NCBI RefSeq assembly: GCF_006345805.1
Contig: NC_043007.1
Span: 5,208,001-5,272,000, forward strand
Length of the DNA stretch: 64,000 bases
Direction: 5' to 3'
From: Octopus sinensis
Lineage: Eukaryota
Shown here: positions 24,565-37,912 of the stretch, one piece after another
How positions within the stretch are numbered: the stretch's first letter is position 1
Layout: every line of letters starts with the position of its first letter
Position numbers and translations under genes: made by a program
The notes under the pieces: generated by a model
The model's database searches: none
What the model was told of the DNA's origin: nothing
What the model saw: the letters and a program-made list of their open reading frames with translations, nothing else

Positions 24565-26092
24565 TTAAGGTGTTGGACAGAATGGTTTGTGGTATTTGTT
24601 GTGACTTTCTGCACAGAAAGTCCAAGTCCTACTTGTCCAAGTCCTACTGAGGTCCTACTTGTCCAAGTCCTACTGAGGTCAACTTTACCTTTCGTCTGTT
24701 CAGGGTTGACAAAAAAACACAATCCAAGGCTGTGGATTGGCGGAACAATATCAGACCAGATGCTTTGCGGTATTTGCTTTGGCCCTTTGGATCCTGTGTT
24801 CAAATCTTGCCATGCCCTAGTAAATTAACATCACCGCATGGTACCTTGGATACATTTGCAGAGTCCATTCTGGTGCTGGCAATCAGACCAGGCCTCTGGT
24901 TTGAGAATATCTTCTTCATTCTTCCACCCCACTCCCCCACCAGTCTTTAAGGCTCTGTAATGTGTCATAGGCACCACCTTCCATCCTGACTGAAAGATAA
25001 AAAAGAAAAAAATTGCATGGCATCATCTGGTGATTAGAAGGCCATGTGATTGGAAGGCCATGTGAATCCCTGAGCTGTAGTTATAAACAGTGGGTGAGGG
25101 ATTGGAATGGGGTGGGGAATAATTAATGCAGTAGGGGTGGGTGGAGGTTGTGATGAGGAGGTGGGAGGTGTGAGGTAGGGATGGAGAGAGAGAGGGAGGA
25201 AGACGAGATGTACACTGAAAAGCTCAACAGACTTCAGTCATAAGTTTATATTAATGTTACAGAGACTTTTCAGTCACCCTGTATGTGTGTGTGTGTGTGT
25301 GTTAATTATCAGGAAATATTTGACGAAAGATCTTAAGTAATTAATACCAACTTGAAGGAGTTTGGCACTAAATGAAGGTCAGGTTATTTTTAATAAATGC
25401 TGTCACGTGTCTTAATTCTAGAAACTTCAGAGAATCAGTTATTGCTATGTTTATTATTTATTTAATTTTTTTTTGTTTTGTTTTGTGGTTAATGTGATAT
25501 TTTGTGAAAAATGGTTTTTAATTCTGTCTGGAAATTTTTGGCACCAAACTGAAACAGAGGGTTAACAGTGACCAGTGTTGAAATGTTTATGATGTGAACA
25601 CCTGACAGGCTGTGCCAGGTGAACAGCAAGGAAGAAGGAGCAGGTGGAGAGGGATTTTAATTGTTCTAGATTCTAGCTACTTCCTGTCCTTCAAAGAATC
25701 AACTCTTTGGAATCAAAATTGAAATTGTGCAATGGAAACTTCAGCAACATTTTGTAGAAGTGAGAGGGAAAACTGAAAACAGTTTAAAGGTGAAATATTC
25801 TTTAAAGAATATGGCAAAATTCTAAGGTGTATGGATCCAAATCAAAGTGCTTTAAACAATAATATATGTAACACCTAAAGTGGCAAGTTGGCAGAATCAT
25901 TATGATTATCATTTGTCTTTAGGTACTGAGTTCAAATGCTATCGAGGGTGACATTGCCTTTTATCCTTTTGGGGGTCAATAAATTAAGTACCAGTTGAAT
26001 ACTGGAGTCAGTGTAATTGACTTAGCGAAACAGCTGGCCTTGTGTGAAAATTTACAAAATGTGTTGAAAGCCTCTTTCTTGTTCACTCACAC

Positions 26093-26258
26093 ATTTTGTT
26101 GACCTGGAGAAAAATTTGACAGAGTCTCTTCTTCTTCTTTTACCTGGTGATCTTTGAGGAAGTTAAGAATAGATGAGTGGCGGCTTGTAAAAGCTGTACA
26201 AACCATGTATAGATGTGCTGTCAGTAGGGTGAAAGTCATCCATGAGAATTTTGATGAA
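26093..26258 (+). mobile_element. RTE-clade reverse transcriptase fragment
   Basis: FVDLEK.FDRV....W*SLRKLRIDEW.LVKAVQTMYRCAVSRVKV, with frameshifts. Confidence 0.8.
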
Positions 26259-26473
26259 ACCCAGCCCAAAAAACAAAGCACTCCATGAAAATGTCCGTAA
26301 TGGAATAAAGGCACATGGGAACATGCGTGGTGAGCTTTCTGAACACATGCTGCAAGAGGTGTCCATCATTACCACCTGTGTGGAATAGGGTGTAAGTCCT
26401 AAGCAGAACTGGAAAACCACTTCCTTGCTGCTCATGTGGGAAGAGAACAATCAAATAATGGTATTATTCAAAA

Positions 26474-26693
26474 GGCGGCGAGCTGGTAGCATGCCAGGCG
26501 AATGCGTAGCCGTATTTCGTCTGCCGTTATGTTCTGAGTTCAAATTCCGCTGAGGCCAACTTTGTCTTTCATCCTTTCGGGGTCGATAAATTAAGTACCA
26601 GTTACACACTGGGTCAATGTAATCGACTTAATAGCTATGTCTGTCCTTGTTTGTCCCCTCTATGTTTAGCCCCGTGTGGGTAGTAAAGAAATA
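26474..26693 (+). mobile_element. SINE family A, full length
   Basis: 14-bp TSD ggtattattcaaaa at 26460-26473 and 26694-26707. Confidence 0.92.
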
Positions 26694-27534
26694 GGTATTA
26701 TTCAAAATCAAGTTGCAGCCAGTATATATAAATCTACACACACACACACACACACATACATACATACATCAAATAATTATACGTGTGTGTGTGTGTATAC
26801 ACGTGTGTGAGTGTGTTTATATGTGGAGCATACAGCTAGTTAATCATGTAATAAGTGGATAGAAAGATATATTTGCTTATCACCGGGACAAAGTTAAGAC
26901 TGGTCAATAAGAACCTAACGATAATGAAGCTAATATGATTGGTGGTGGGCGGGGAAGGATTAAGTGGCGAAATGATATTACACTTATCTCAGCTTTCCAT
27001 AATCTTTACTAAAATTATATTTTCCTTCATACTTTTGTTGTTGTTGTTGTTGTTGCAATCTTGCATTTTATGTCATCATACTAAGATCAGTTCATCATCA
27101 TCGTCATCATTACAACATCACTATTACTGCCACTACCAGCGCTATTGCCTTGTTATTGTCATCATCATCATCGTCACCACCACCACCACTGCCATCATCA
27201 TCATCATCATCATCACCACCATTACTACCACCCTTTCTTCTTCTCTCTCTCTTCCTCCTTCTTCTGTCTGTTACTACAATTAGCTCTGGTATCGGATACG
27301 ATCACTCACACACATACACACTCTCCATTCCCCCCGCCCCCATCAGTGTCTGAATGTCATTAACCATAGCAACATCAATATCCTTCATGTTGGTCAAGAC
27401 TCTCGCAAAGGGAATCGTTTTGGAAGCAGACAATGTCCCTAATACCCCTGCCAATGATTCCTCCCCGAGAAACCGAACACTCTTTTGCTGTTTGTTCTGG
27501 TTCAGCAAGAATAATCCATCAATCACTATAAAAA

Positions 27535-27677
27535 TCCATTGGATTGGTAGCATCCAATCAGATTGCCATCCCAGCATGTGTTGACACAGCTGCTTCTGCC
27601 CTGTTCTCAGTCAACTCTGGCATTCCCTAGGGTCCAGTTTTGTGTCAAACCCTCTTCCTTCTATACATTAATGAACA
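27535..27677 (+). mobile_element. CR1/L2-group reverse transcriptase fragment
   Basis: FSVNSGIP*GPVLCQTLFLLYINE matches the RT motif SGVPQGSVLGP.LFLLYIND. Confidence 0.8.
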
Positions 27678-27996
27678 ATAATTTACTTGTTGCCATATCC
27701 CACAATGCCCAGCTAACTGGTCTCCTTTGACCAGCAAAGGTCATAGCTATTCTCTCTTCCTTGTGACTCAGCAAATGTTTGTCTGTCTATCTATTTCTCT
27801 ATCCGTCTGTCTCTATATATATATACACACACACCCATCCATATAACTAAACGTCAACCTACCTACACATCAACCTATCAATCAATCCATGTATAAGAAA
27901 CATATATGTGTGTGTGTGTGTGTATGTGTGTGTGTGTCTGTATATATATGTATATTTATATATATATGTGTATATATGAATATATATATATATATA

Positions 27997-28192
27997 TGGA
28001 GAGTTTATGAAAAAAACAAAAGACGAAGACAGGTGGTGTACAAAACAAACAAATGTATTAGTATAATGTTCAGAAATAGAAAATGTCTTTTACGTTTCGA
28101 GCCTATGCTCTGCTACAGAAAGGGACACAGAAAAAAACAAGGAGAGAAACAAGGAGAGAACAAAAATATGTGTAGTGGCTAATGATCTATCA
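27997..28192 (-). mobile_element. ~190-bp retrozyme/Penelope-like insert with hammerhead-like motif at 28087-28122
   Basis: Reverse-complement copy of 48297-48482. Minus strand CTTT-CTGTAGC-a-GAGC-atag-GCTC-GAAACGT-A-AAAG. Adjacent to (TA)n. Confidence 0.75.
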
Positions 28193-28206
28193 TGTGTGTG
28201 TATATA

Positions 28207-28512
28207 TCATCATCATCATCATCATCATTTAACGTTTGCTTTCCATGCTGGCATGGGTTGGACGATTTGATTGAGATCTGGTGAACCAGATGGCTGCACC
28301 AGACTCCAATATGATCTGGCAGAGTTTCTACAGCTGGATGCTCTTCCTAACGGCAACCACTCTGAGAGTGTAGTGGGTGCTTTTAAGTACCACTGGCACG
28401 ATAGCCAGTCAGGCAGTACTGGCAACGGCCACGTTCAAATGGCACTTTTTACGTGCCACCTGCACAGTAGCCAGTCCAGCAGCACTGGCAATGACCTCGC
28501 TCGAATGTTTTT
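28207..28512 (-). mobile_element. SINE family C
   Basis: Family C tail and internal modules on the minus strand. Confidence 0.85.
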
Positions 28513-28516
28513 TTAC

Positions 28517-28559
<43 letters not shown>

Positions 28560-29043
28560 TATGTATATCTGTTAACACACCCACATACATATAGGCACAG
28601 GTGTGACAGTGTGGTTAAGAAGCTTGCTTCCCAGCCATGTGGTTTAGGGTTCAATTCTACTGAGTGGTGCCTTGGGCAAGTATCCTCTATTATAGCTCTG
28701 GGCCAACCAAAACCTTGTAAGTGGATTTGAAAGACAGACGCCTGTTGTGTATGTGTGTGTGTGTTTACTCTTGTTTTAATGTTACATGACATTACATCAT
28801 CATAAAGCAATGTTGTTTATTTCTAGTCTTCCGTGAAAGTCTTGGATTGACATGGGAAATGTTATCTTTCCAGGAAACAGGTGAGGGTTAGTGACAGGAT
28901 AGGCATCTGGCTGTAGAAAATTTGCCTCAACATATTCTGACCCTTGCAAGTGTAAAAAGGGGACAGTAAATGATGATGTCACAGGCACACATACATATAT
29001 ATATATATATATCAGATTATATATATGATGTATATATATATAT

Positions 29044-29209
29044 AGGTGTAGGAGTAGGAGTGGCTGTGTGGTAAGTGGCTTGCTTACCAGCCACATGGTT
29101 CCAGGTTCAGTCCCACTGTGTGGCACCTTGGGCAAGTGTCTTCTACTATAGCCTCGGGCCAACCAAAGCCTTGTGAGTGGATTTAGTAGATGGAAACTGA
29201 AAAAGCCCG

Positions 29210-29277
<68 letters not shown>

Positions 29278-29486
29278 TGTGTGTGTGTGTGTGGTTGTGT
29301 GTCTGTGTTTGTCCCCGATGCTGGTGTGTTTATGTCCCTGTAACTTAGCGGTTCGGCAAAAGAGACCGCTAGAATAAGTACTGGGCTTACAAAGAATAAG
29401 TCCTGGGGTCGATTTGCTCGACTGGATGCGGTGCTCTAGCATGGCCACAGTCAAATGACTGAAACAAGTATAAGGGTAAAAAGAGT
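29044..29486 (+). mobile_element. SINE family B, full length
   Basis: Same structure as the 15003 copy. Confidence 0.9.
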
Positions 29487-29961
29487 ATACAAACAAAGAC
29501 ATACTACATATGTTAGAAAAGTACAGATTCATTTATACACAAACACACAAACACACACATCATTAAGTCCAATCACTGATAACTTTACCGACGCCATTAA
29601 GCAAATCTGTAGAAGCATTCTTCGATCAATCATAAACGAAGCTTTTGAAATGCATAATGCAAGCTACGTTCAGCTTTCAATCATAAATCTAAACAGAAGC
29701 TGCAAAACAGCAGTTTTGTAAGAATCCTTATTGTATCTGACTTTGGTAAAACAGGATGCTTTGAAAATGTAGAAGCAAACAATAGAAAGTTAAAGAAATA
29801 GAGAAGCAAAAGAGTTGAGAGAGTAGTAAAGAAAAACCTGATCTAGATATGTTTATGTTTATGAAGATGCTGGAACTTTATAACAGAATCACAAGGGCAA
29901 ACACGCACATACACACATGTATAAAAACATGATATGAATTTACAGATTCAGTGAAAAAGGT

Positions 29962-30377
29962 GAAGGCAGCGAGCTGGCAGAACCGTTAGCATGCTGGGCG
30001 AAATGCGTAGCCATATTTCGTCTGCCGTTACATTCTGAGTTCAAAATTCCGCTGAGGTCGACTTTGCCTTTCATCCTTTCGGGGTCGATTAAATAAGTAC
30101 CAGTTACGCACTGGGGTTGATGTAATTGACTTAATCCGTGTGTCTGTTTTTGTCTCCTCTATGTTTAGCCCTTTGTGGGTAGTAAAGAAATAGGTATTTC
30201 GTCTGCCTTTACATTCTGAGTTAAAATTCCGCCAAGGTCGACTTTGCCTTTCATCCTTTCGGGGTTGATAAATTAAGTACCAGTTACACACTGGGGTCGA
30301 TGTAATCGACTTAAACCATTTGTCTGTCCTTGTTTGTCCCCTCTGTGTTTAGCCCCTTGTGGATAGTAAAGAAATAA
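29962..30377 (+). mobile_element. SINE family A head-to-tail dimer
   Basis: Full copy ending AAAGAAATA-GGTATTTCGTCTGCC runs into a second copy from its internal GTATTTCG site. Confidence 0.88.
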
Positions 30378-31700
30378 GTGAAAATAGGGCTGTGTAGTTA
30401 AGAAGGTTTTCCAGGCTGACATGGGTGGGACAGTTTGACAGGAACCAACATGGAGGTGGAGGACAGCCCCAGACTCCAATGTCTGCCTTGGCATGACTTT
30501 TTTACAGCTGGATACCCTTCGAAATGCCAACCATTGCACAGTATACTGACTGCTTGTTTATGTGGCACTGGCACAAGTGAGGTTACCATACATCCATCCA
30601 TACCATATGAGTGTGTGTGTGTGTATCTTTGTGCCTTCTTGTCTTGTCATGACGGCTGTAAATGAGTGTCACTGACATACAGGTTGTGTCATTCGTTTCC
30701 AGTCTTCGGTGGAGACATGTCTAAGCAGGGAAGTATATTCCCTTGTTTAGAAATGGGTGAAGGTTGGTGATAGGAAAGGCATCCAGCTGTAGAAGCTTAG
30801 TCTCAATAAATTCTGTGCAACCGATGTAAGCATGGAAAAGTGAACATCAAATGATGATGATGGTGAATGACTCTTAAAATGACTCATACAAATGACTCAT
30901 AAAAAGATGGACTACAAATTACTAGTGTACATCATATGAACAGTAAAGAAAAGAAAATGCACCAAATATATTGTTTAAAATTAAACATTTAGAATCCCCC
31001 TCTCCATCTTTTCCATTTGCCTTATTCCTTTCTGTATCCCCCGCATCAGTTAGTGTCTGCTCTCTTTACTATCATCCTATCACAGCTATAAATCTGTTTC
31101 CATCTTACTCCAGTCTCCATCTTCTCATCTAAAACCATCACACCCTTCTTTCTTCCATTCTCCCTCAATCGTAGTGACCCTCTGGTCCTTAGCCTTGCAA
31201 GTTGCAAGGCAATCTTCATTGGTACTTCACTAGTTCCACACACACACACACAAAAAACATACCCGGGGACACTCTGCCAATTAGTGTTAGGAGAAGCATC
31301 CAGCCCCAGAAACCATGCCAAAGCAGAAGCTGATGCTTCGTGCAACCCTCTGATTCCTCAGATCTTGTCAAACTAACCAACTTATGCCAGGATGGAAGAT
31401 GGACATTAAATGATGATGATGATGATGATGATAACGTCAAGATGTTGTTCTGGGCAAAAATCAATCCTTATTGATGCTGTGTATGGCCTAATGGCCTTTC
31501 TGATTCCAATCCTTAAATGCACCCCATCCCTCATTCCACTACTTTGCATGCTTAACTGTGGTGTTGTCATACTTATTATTTATGGCTATGTGTCACTACT
31601 CTTGGAGAAGCATGAATTTAAAAATACCTGCTTACACACACACACACACAATAGACTACAGCACAGTTTCCTTATTGAAATTTTACTTGCAGCATATTAA

Positions 31701-31922
31701 CCCTTTCGTTACTGTATTTCTGTTGAGATGCTCTGTGTTTCTTTCAATCAATGTTAAAAATAACAAATAATTTAGTAAAATAACTTCGTTATCATTAACC
31801 TAATGTTAGGAACATAAATTATGACTAAGGTTTGGTGGAAGATTTTAATTCAAAACTTATGAAAACAAGACATTTGTACTACAGAGCCAGAGGCGGTTTC
31901 AGCTGGGTTGGTAACGAAAGGG
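31701..31922 (+). mobile_element. piggyBac-type MITE, intact
   Basis: TTAA TSD (31697-31700, 31923-31926) and perfect TIR CCCTTTCGTTAC / GTAACGAAAGGG. Confidence 0.92.
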
Positions 31923-32399
31923 TTAAGCAACTCATGGTTATAGTAACAGGCCCCTAAGGTGTTACATTTTAAAATTGAACCTGAAACTAAGCTGGCGGTA
32001 GAGACAGCAGGGGTTGTCACGAGGTGGCTGTGAATCAGGTGATGTGAGCCCTAGAAGGGACAGTGCTATGTGGAGTCATGCTAACTGGACCCAAGCCATT
32101 TAGTGCAAACTGAAATTCTTACCACAACCTGTGAACTATGAACCTTTTTTGAATATTTTAATAAAATGACCCTAAAAAAATACGAAGACAAAACAAAAAT
32201 ATGGAATATTTCTCAGAATAGGTTTTGCAAGAAATGTTGCAATGAGGCCCTAATGATGTATTGTATAACAAAACCATGGAAATTTTACATTTTATGAGAC
32301 ATTTCAAGTGCAAAAGATCATGTTTTTGTGACCCTTTCTCAATTGACCAGACCCCATTTTGGGTCAGAACCCACACAAAGGAAGTAGATCTTCTTATAT

Positions 32400-32626
32400 G
32401 AGCGAGGTCATTGCCAGTAACACCTGACTGGCCCCTGTGCCAGTGGCACGTAAAAAGCACCCACTACACTCTCGGTGTGGTTGGCATTAGGAAGAGCATC
32501 CAGCTGTAGAAACTCTGCCAGATCAAGATTGGAGCCTGGTGCAGCCATCTGGTTCGCCAGTCAAAATCGTCCAACCCATGCTAGCATGGAAAGCAGACAT
32601 TAAACGATGATGATGATGATGATGAT
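32400..32626 (+). mobile_element. SINE family C 3' part
   Basis: Shared 3' sequence and (GAT)n tail. Confidence 0.85.
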
Positions 32627-34542
32627 GTTCCAACTCAATCAGGGTGGTCTTTTAAGGATTACACTCTGACTTAGCTATATCTCACCTACAGCAAACAGAG
32701 ATTATATAATTGCTCATTATTTCTTATTCTAGCCACGTGACATGTGCAGCTGTTTGTCGTAGCAATAATAATAATAATCATGAACAGAGACAATTATCAA
32801 AAGTAGCAAACGTCTGCTTGCATCGTTGAAAAAATTCTATGTTTGCTGCAGAAGTGTGAATATGTGTTGTCTGCGTAGGCGTGAATTTGCTATTTGTGAG
32901 TACCTGCTTTTGTGTAAATGCTTATGTCTATATGTATGTGCATGCGTGTGTGTGTGTGTGTGTGTTGCTGCCTGTATCTATGTGATATGTTTTCTTTCAC
33001 AGAGCATCATGTTGTATTTTTAATGTATTTGTTGTTGACAGATTTATTCATATTTGCATTTATGTTCTATATTAGTGTCTGATACACACACACACACGTA
33101 AACATACTCATATACATATATATATATATACAGGCATGAATAGATATACTTACATACATACATACATGATGATGACGATGATGATGATGACCATCAGTCC
33201 TCCTTCCAATGCTGGCATGGGTTGGACAGTTTAACAGGAGCTGGCCAGGTAGAAAAAGACTACCCCAGGCTACTGTGTCTGTTTTGGCAGGGTTTTTATG
33301 GTTGGATGTCCTTCCTGACAGCAATCACCCTGCAGAGTGGATTGAGTGGTGTTTATGTGGCACCAGCAGCACAGGCGAGGTCAGTTTTGGTATGGTTTTT
33401 ACAGCTGGATGCCCTTCCAAATGCCAACCACTTCATAATGTGGACTGGATGCTTTCTATGTGGCACCAGCACTGGCAGGGTCACCGAGTAACTTGCAAGA
33501 CAAGGAATTTTTGAGAGAGGAAGAGGCATTGAAGGGGGGTGGATCTTGTGTCAGATGAGGAAGGGTTAGAGTGTGATAGAGAGGCAGAGAAGCAGAAACG
33601 GGTATCCTGTTATAGAGGAGGTACATGGTTAGAGAAAGAGAGAGAGAGAGAGAGAATAAGAAGAAGAGAAAGTAGTTTATATATGTGAAAAAGAAGCAGA
33701 CACTAAAGTATTAAAGCAGTAACATATTTTTTTAGGAAGTTAGATGTTATGGTTGGTCACGGAGTGATCATTGGTTTCATACTCATAAAACACTTGGAAG
33801 TCACTCATCGGACACAAATAGTCGAAGGCACAGGGCCTCTCTACAACTGGAGGAAGAAATACTTTACAATTAGTTTTGTAAAAAAACAAAAAGATTCTCT
33901 GTGCCGCAGATAGGATGGGTTTATCCTCGCTCGCATTGGCTCCAGCTGTGGTGATATTGGAAGGAGCTTGGAGATGGTTGGCAATGGCAAGGCTATCACA
34001 CATGCAGAAAATCTGTCTCAGCAGTAAGATTTCTTTTAACTTTTCTGTTGTTGCTTATTCAGAAGAGAAGGGTTGTGCCTTCAGTCCTTTACAAGGTCTC
34101 CAAAACTGGTGGATGGGAAGGATAAAGGGAAGAGATGAGAGCAAGCACCCCGAAATCAAAAGCTTAGCCTAAATGCCTACAACAGAAAGGAATCCATTAA
34201 GTTGAAGACTTCAGGAAAATTGGAGAGGAGAAGAACTGGCTAAAATGGTTTTTATGAGGCCTGAAAGATGGTGGACATAATATGAAGGATGAGAGTAGAA
34301 AAGAAGAATGAGTTTGGTACTTAACTGAGAAGAGAGATCTCTTAGGATCAGCTACTTTGTAAGAATCAAAGGAAAGTACAGTTTGGGGCAGAAACCCATT
34401 CTCTGTGTCACATTAAATTTATTGCACACACACACACACAATGAGTTTACCCAACAAAAAAAATCTTATATGGTTATTCAACGTGCTAGAAATAGCAATC
34501 AAACTTCCCATTACCTTCATGCTGCCATCTATAAAAAAATCT

Positions 34543-34696
34543 GTGGCTGTGTGGTAAGTAGCTTGCTTACTAACCACATGGTTCCAGGTTCAGTCCCACT
34601 GCGTGGCACCTTGGGCAAGTGTCTTCTAATATAGCCTCGGGCCGACCAAAGCCTTGTGAGTGGATTTGGTACACGGAAACTTAAAGAAGCCCGTCG

Positions 34697-34727
<31 letters not shown>

Positions 34728-34955
34728 GTGTGCGTGTGTGTATATGTTTGTGTGTCTGTGTTTGTCCCCCCCAACTTCGCTTGACAACCGATGCTGGTGT
34801 GTTTTACATACTCGTAACTTAGCGGTTCAGCAAAAGAGACTGATAGAATAAGTACTAGGCTTACAAGGAATAAGTCCAGGGGTCGATTTCTTCAACTAAA
34901 GGCAGTGCTCCAGCATTGCCACAGCCAAATGAGTGAAACAAGTAAAAGAGTAAAG
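34543..34955 (+). mobile_element. SINE family B
   Basis: Head, CORE-like domain, internal microsatellite and tail. Confidence 0.9.
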
Positions 34956-35532
34956 GGTCGAAAAATCTTTAAAATTAGATAGAGTGGTCACGAATAGATT
35001 GTCTTTGAGCCTAGATCTACTTGATCAAGATCGACTCGGGGTTAAACATGCAGTACCTGTTGGATGTCTATTTCAGAATCAGAGAACGCTATCATTTACG
35101 ATTCCATCTGTTTAACTAAGTGATTCTAATTAGAAACTGTTTCATCAACGTCTCTGTTGCATTAGTGGGGAGGAGGGCTGTGTTCCACACCAGATGGCGT
35201 TCTAGTGGTGGTGGTAGTGGTGGGGTGGTATTTAATGTGTTACATTATACTTTGTGGGGTGGGGCTAAGGGGCACAGCAAGCAAAAGGACCGTTTTGGCA
35301 GGGTGCAAATACTTGTGACATCACTACCCCGTCTTCTTCATTACAATTGTCATCATCATCATCATCATCATTACTTCCACAACTGTTATCACTACTACTA
35401 GCGTCACCCACATCATCATCATCATCATCACAAGTCAGCATCTTTGCAGTTGTTCAGTCTGCTAGAAATAACAGTCAAATCTCTGTCATTGGTCAGCCCA
35501 AGATGCTGCATAGTAAGACTAAACCCAGAATC

Positions 35533-35570
<38 letters not shown>

Positions 35571-35627
35571 TCATATATATACACACATATACATATATAT
35601 TTGTGTGTGTCTATGCATATGCGAACG

Positions 35628-35952
35628 CGTCACCTTACTGGCACTTGTGCTGGTGGCACGTGAAACATTCGAGCGAGGTCGTCGCCAGTGCCACTGGACT
35701 GGCTCCTGTGCAGGTGGCACATAAAAAGCACCATTTGGGCATGGCCGTTGCCAGTACCACCAAAGTGGTCCTCGTGCCGGTGGCACGTAAAAGCACCCAC
35801 TACACTCTCAGAGTGGTTGGCATTAGGAATGGCATCCAGCTGTAGAAACTCTGCCAGATCAGATTGGAGTCTGGTTCGCCAGACCTCAGTCAAATCGTCC
35901 AACCCATGCTAGCATGGAAAACGGACGTTAAATGATGATGATGATGATGATG
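35628..35952 (+). mobile_element. SINE family C
   Basis: Internal modules, 3' end and (GAT)n. Confidence 0.85.
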
Positions 35953-36302
35953 TGGCTATACACACGTGGGATATGGCTACTGAGGCCTGTACTACAAGAA
36001 TCCTAGAATCAAAGCCTACAATTGGTAACATGGCGCTAACAAACCTGGCAGCCATTTAATAGTCCAATCAATATCAGATATAAAGGAAATTGCCACCATT
36101 TAATTAATTTACTGTGTCTAACAAGCCAATGTAAAATGGAGATAAGTCAGTAGAGCTGGTTAAAATAATGGCACTTGGGTCTAATTATATGGCAGTCATT
36201 TATTCATCATCATCATCTTGATACATTCTCTATTCACCTTATCTTGACAGGGTCAGAAACAGGAGACAGAAGCATTACTGAAGACGACAATGTTATACAC
36301 AC

Positions 36303-36633
36303 ATGCTTGAGGAGACCTATTGAGTCAAGTAGTCAAGTAGATCAGCACCAAAATAAATATTAAATGGAAATTGTAGCTGTGATACCTGTGCTGGTGGCAC
36401 ATAAAAAGCACCAACCGATCATGGCTGCTGCCAGCCTCCCCTGGCACCTGTGCCGGTGGCACGTAAAATGCACCCACTACACTCATGGAGTGGTTGGCGT
36501 TAGGAAGGGCATCCAGCTGTAGAAACACTGCCAGATCAGACTGGAGCCTGGTGCAGCCTCCTGGCTTCCCAGACCCCGGATGAACCGTCCAACCCGTGCT
36601 AGCACGGAAAGCGGACGTTCAACGATGATGATG
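36303..36633 (+). mobile_element. SINE family C short form with two modules
   Basis: Same head as the 17388 copy. Confidence 0.85.
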
Positions 36634-37484
36634 ACATATCCAAATGTACACAGGTTAAATCAACATGTCATCCTTTGAGGGCCGACAGAATAAAGTGCCA
36701 AGATAATATTTCAATCTCTAAAGTCCAACTGAGTGCCCTTTCCAATGCCAGCCATTTTACGGCATGGGTGCTTTTTTGTAGCACCAGCATGAGTGAGGTT
36801 ACCATGCAGCCTGCAAGACCAAGATCGTTTTTGACTGAGTGGGAGCGACAGTGGAGAGGGATTAAAGTAGAAGAGGGAGCGGAACAGATTAGGTTTCTTG
36901 CAGTAGAGGGGCTAAATGGGTAGATAACATTCTAGAAGAAAGGGAGGGAGTGGCTGGGGTTAAGCTGGAACGAGCTGGAAATAGCGATGATGAGGTGACT
37001 GGGTGGAGTCTGAAGACACAAGGTGAATAGAAGAGATTGGCAGAACTGGGCACACATGTCTGTGGAATACTCAGCCACTTACAGGTTTATTCAGGAGCAG
37101 GTAATTCAGTTGATCAAATAACTGAATCCTTATTGTCAAAAACAAGAATATACTCACACACACACACACACAATATAGTAGGGTCTGTTTCCAAAATGGT
37201 GTTTCACCCCATGGCTTCCCTGACTCGGAATTCTTTCAGGAGGCAAAATTAGGATTCATTATTTTGAATCACCAGCTGAAAGGAATACCTATATTTCTCT
37301 ACTCCTCCCCTTCAGCCAATACACTCACCACCCTCTTAAAACTCTCACCACCAACAAACTGCTATTCAATACAAAGTAATCAGTTTACTGACAGACTACT
37401 CCTACCACAGACAATCAAGCCATGACCAACACATATGGATTTTCTTTTTTAATTTTCAATTATAATGTTATTCTGGGACTATTA

Positions 37485-37912
37485 TTCTTTTCTACTCTAG
37501 TACAAGGCCAAAATTTTGGAGGAGGGGCCCTAGTCGATTAGATCGACCCCAGTATGCAACTAGTACTTAATTTAATTGAAGGCAGTGAGCTGGTAGAAAC
37601 GTTAGCACGCCGTGCGAAATGCTTTGTGGTATTTCGTCTGCGGTTACGTTCTGAGTTCAAATTCCGCCGAGGTCAACTTTGCCTTTCATCCTTTCGGGGT
37701 TGATAAATTAAGTACCAGTTACGCACTGGGGTCGATGTAATTGACTTAATCCGTTTGTCTGTCCTTGATTGTCCCCTCTGTGTTTAGCCCCTTGTGGGTA
37801 GTAAAGAAATAGGTACCAAATTTAATGACCCCGAAAAGATGAAAGGCAAAGTCGACTTTGGCCGAATTTGAACTCAGAACATTAAGATAGACGAAACACT
37901 GCTAAGCATTTT
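37485..37912. mobile_element. Nested SINEs: young family A (+, ~37578-37811) inside an older A-like copy (-)
   Basis: The older copy is interrupted at gtacttaatttaat / gtaccaaatttaat (degenerate TSD). Confidence 0.8.

Noticed and set aside
27302-27530. Minus-strand ORF with a protein-like appearance
   Set aside because: No good donor or recognisable family, and it abuts a CR1 fragment.
29588-29699. Possible minus-strand exon
   Set aside because: Stops in all three frames and only moderate splice signals. It could be UTR, but this is unsupported.
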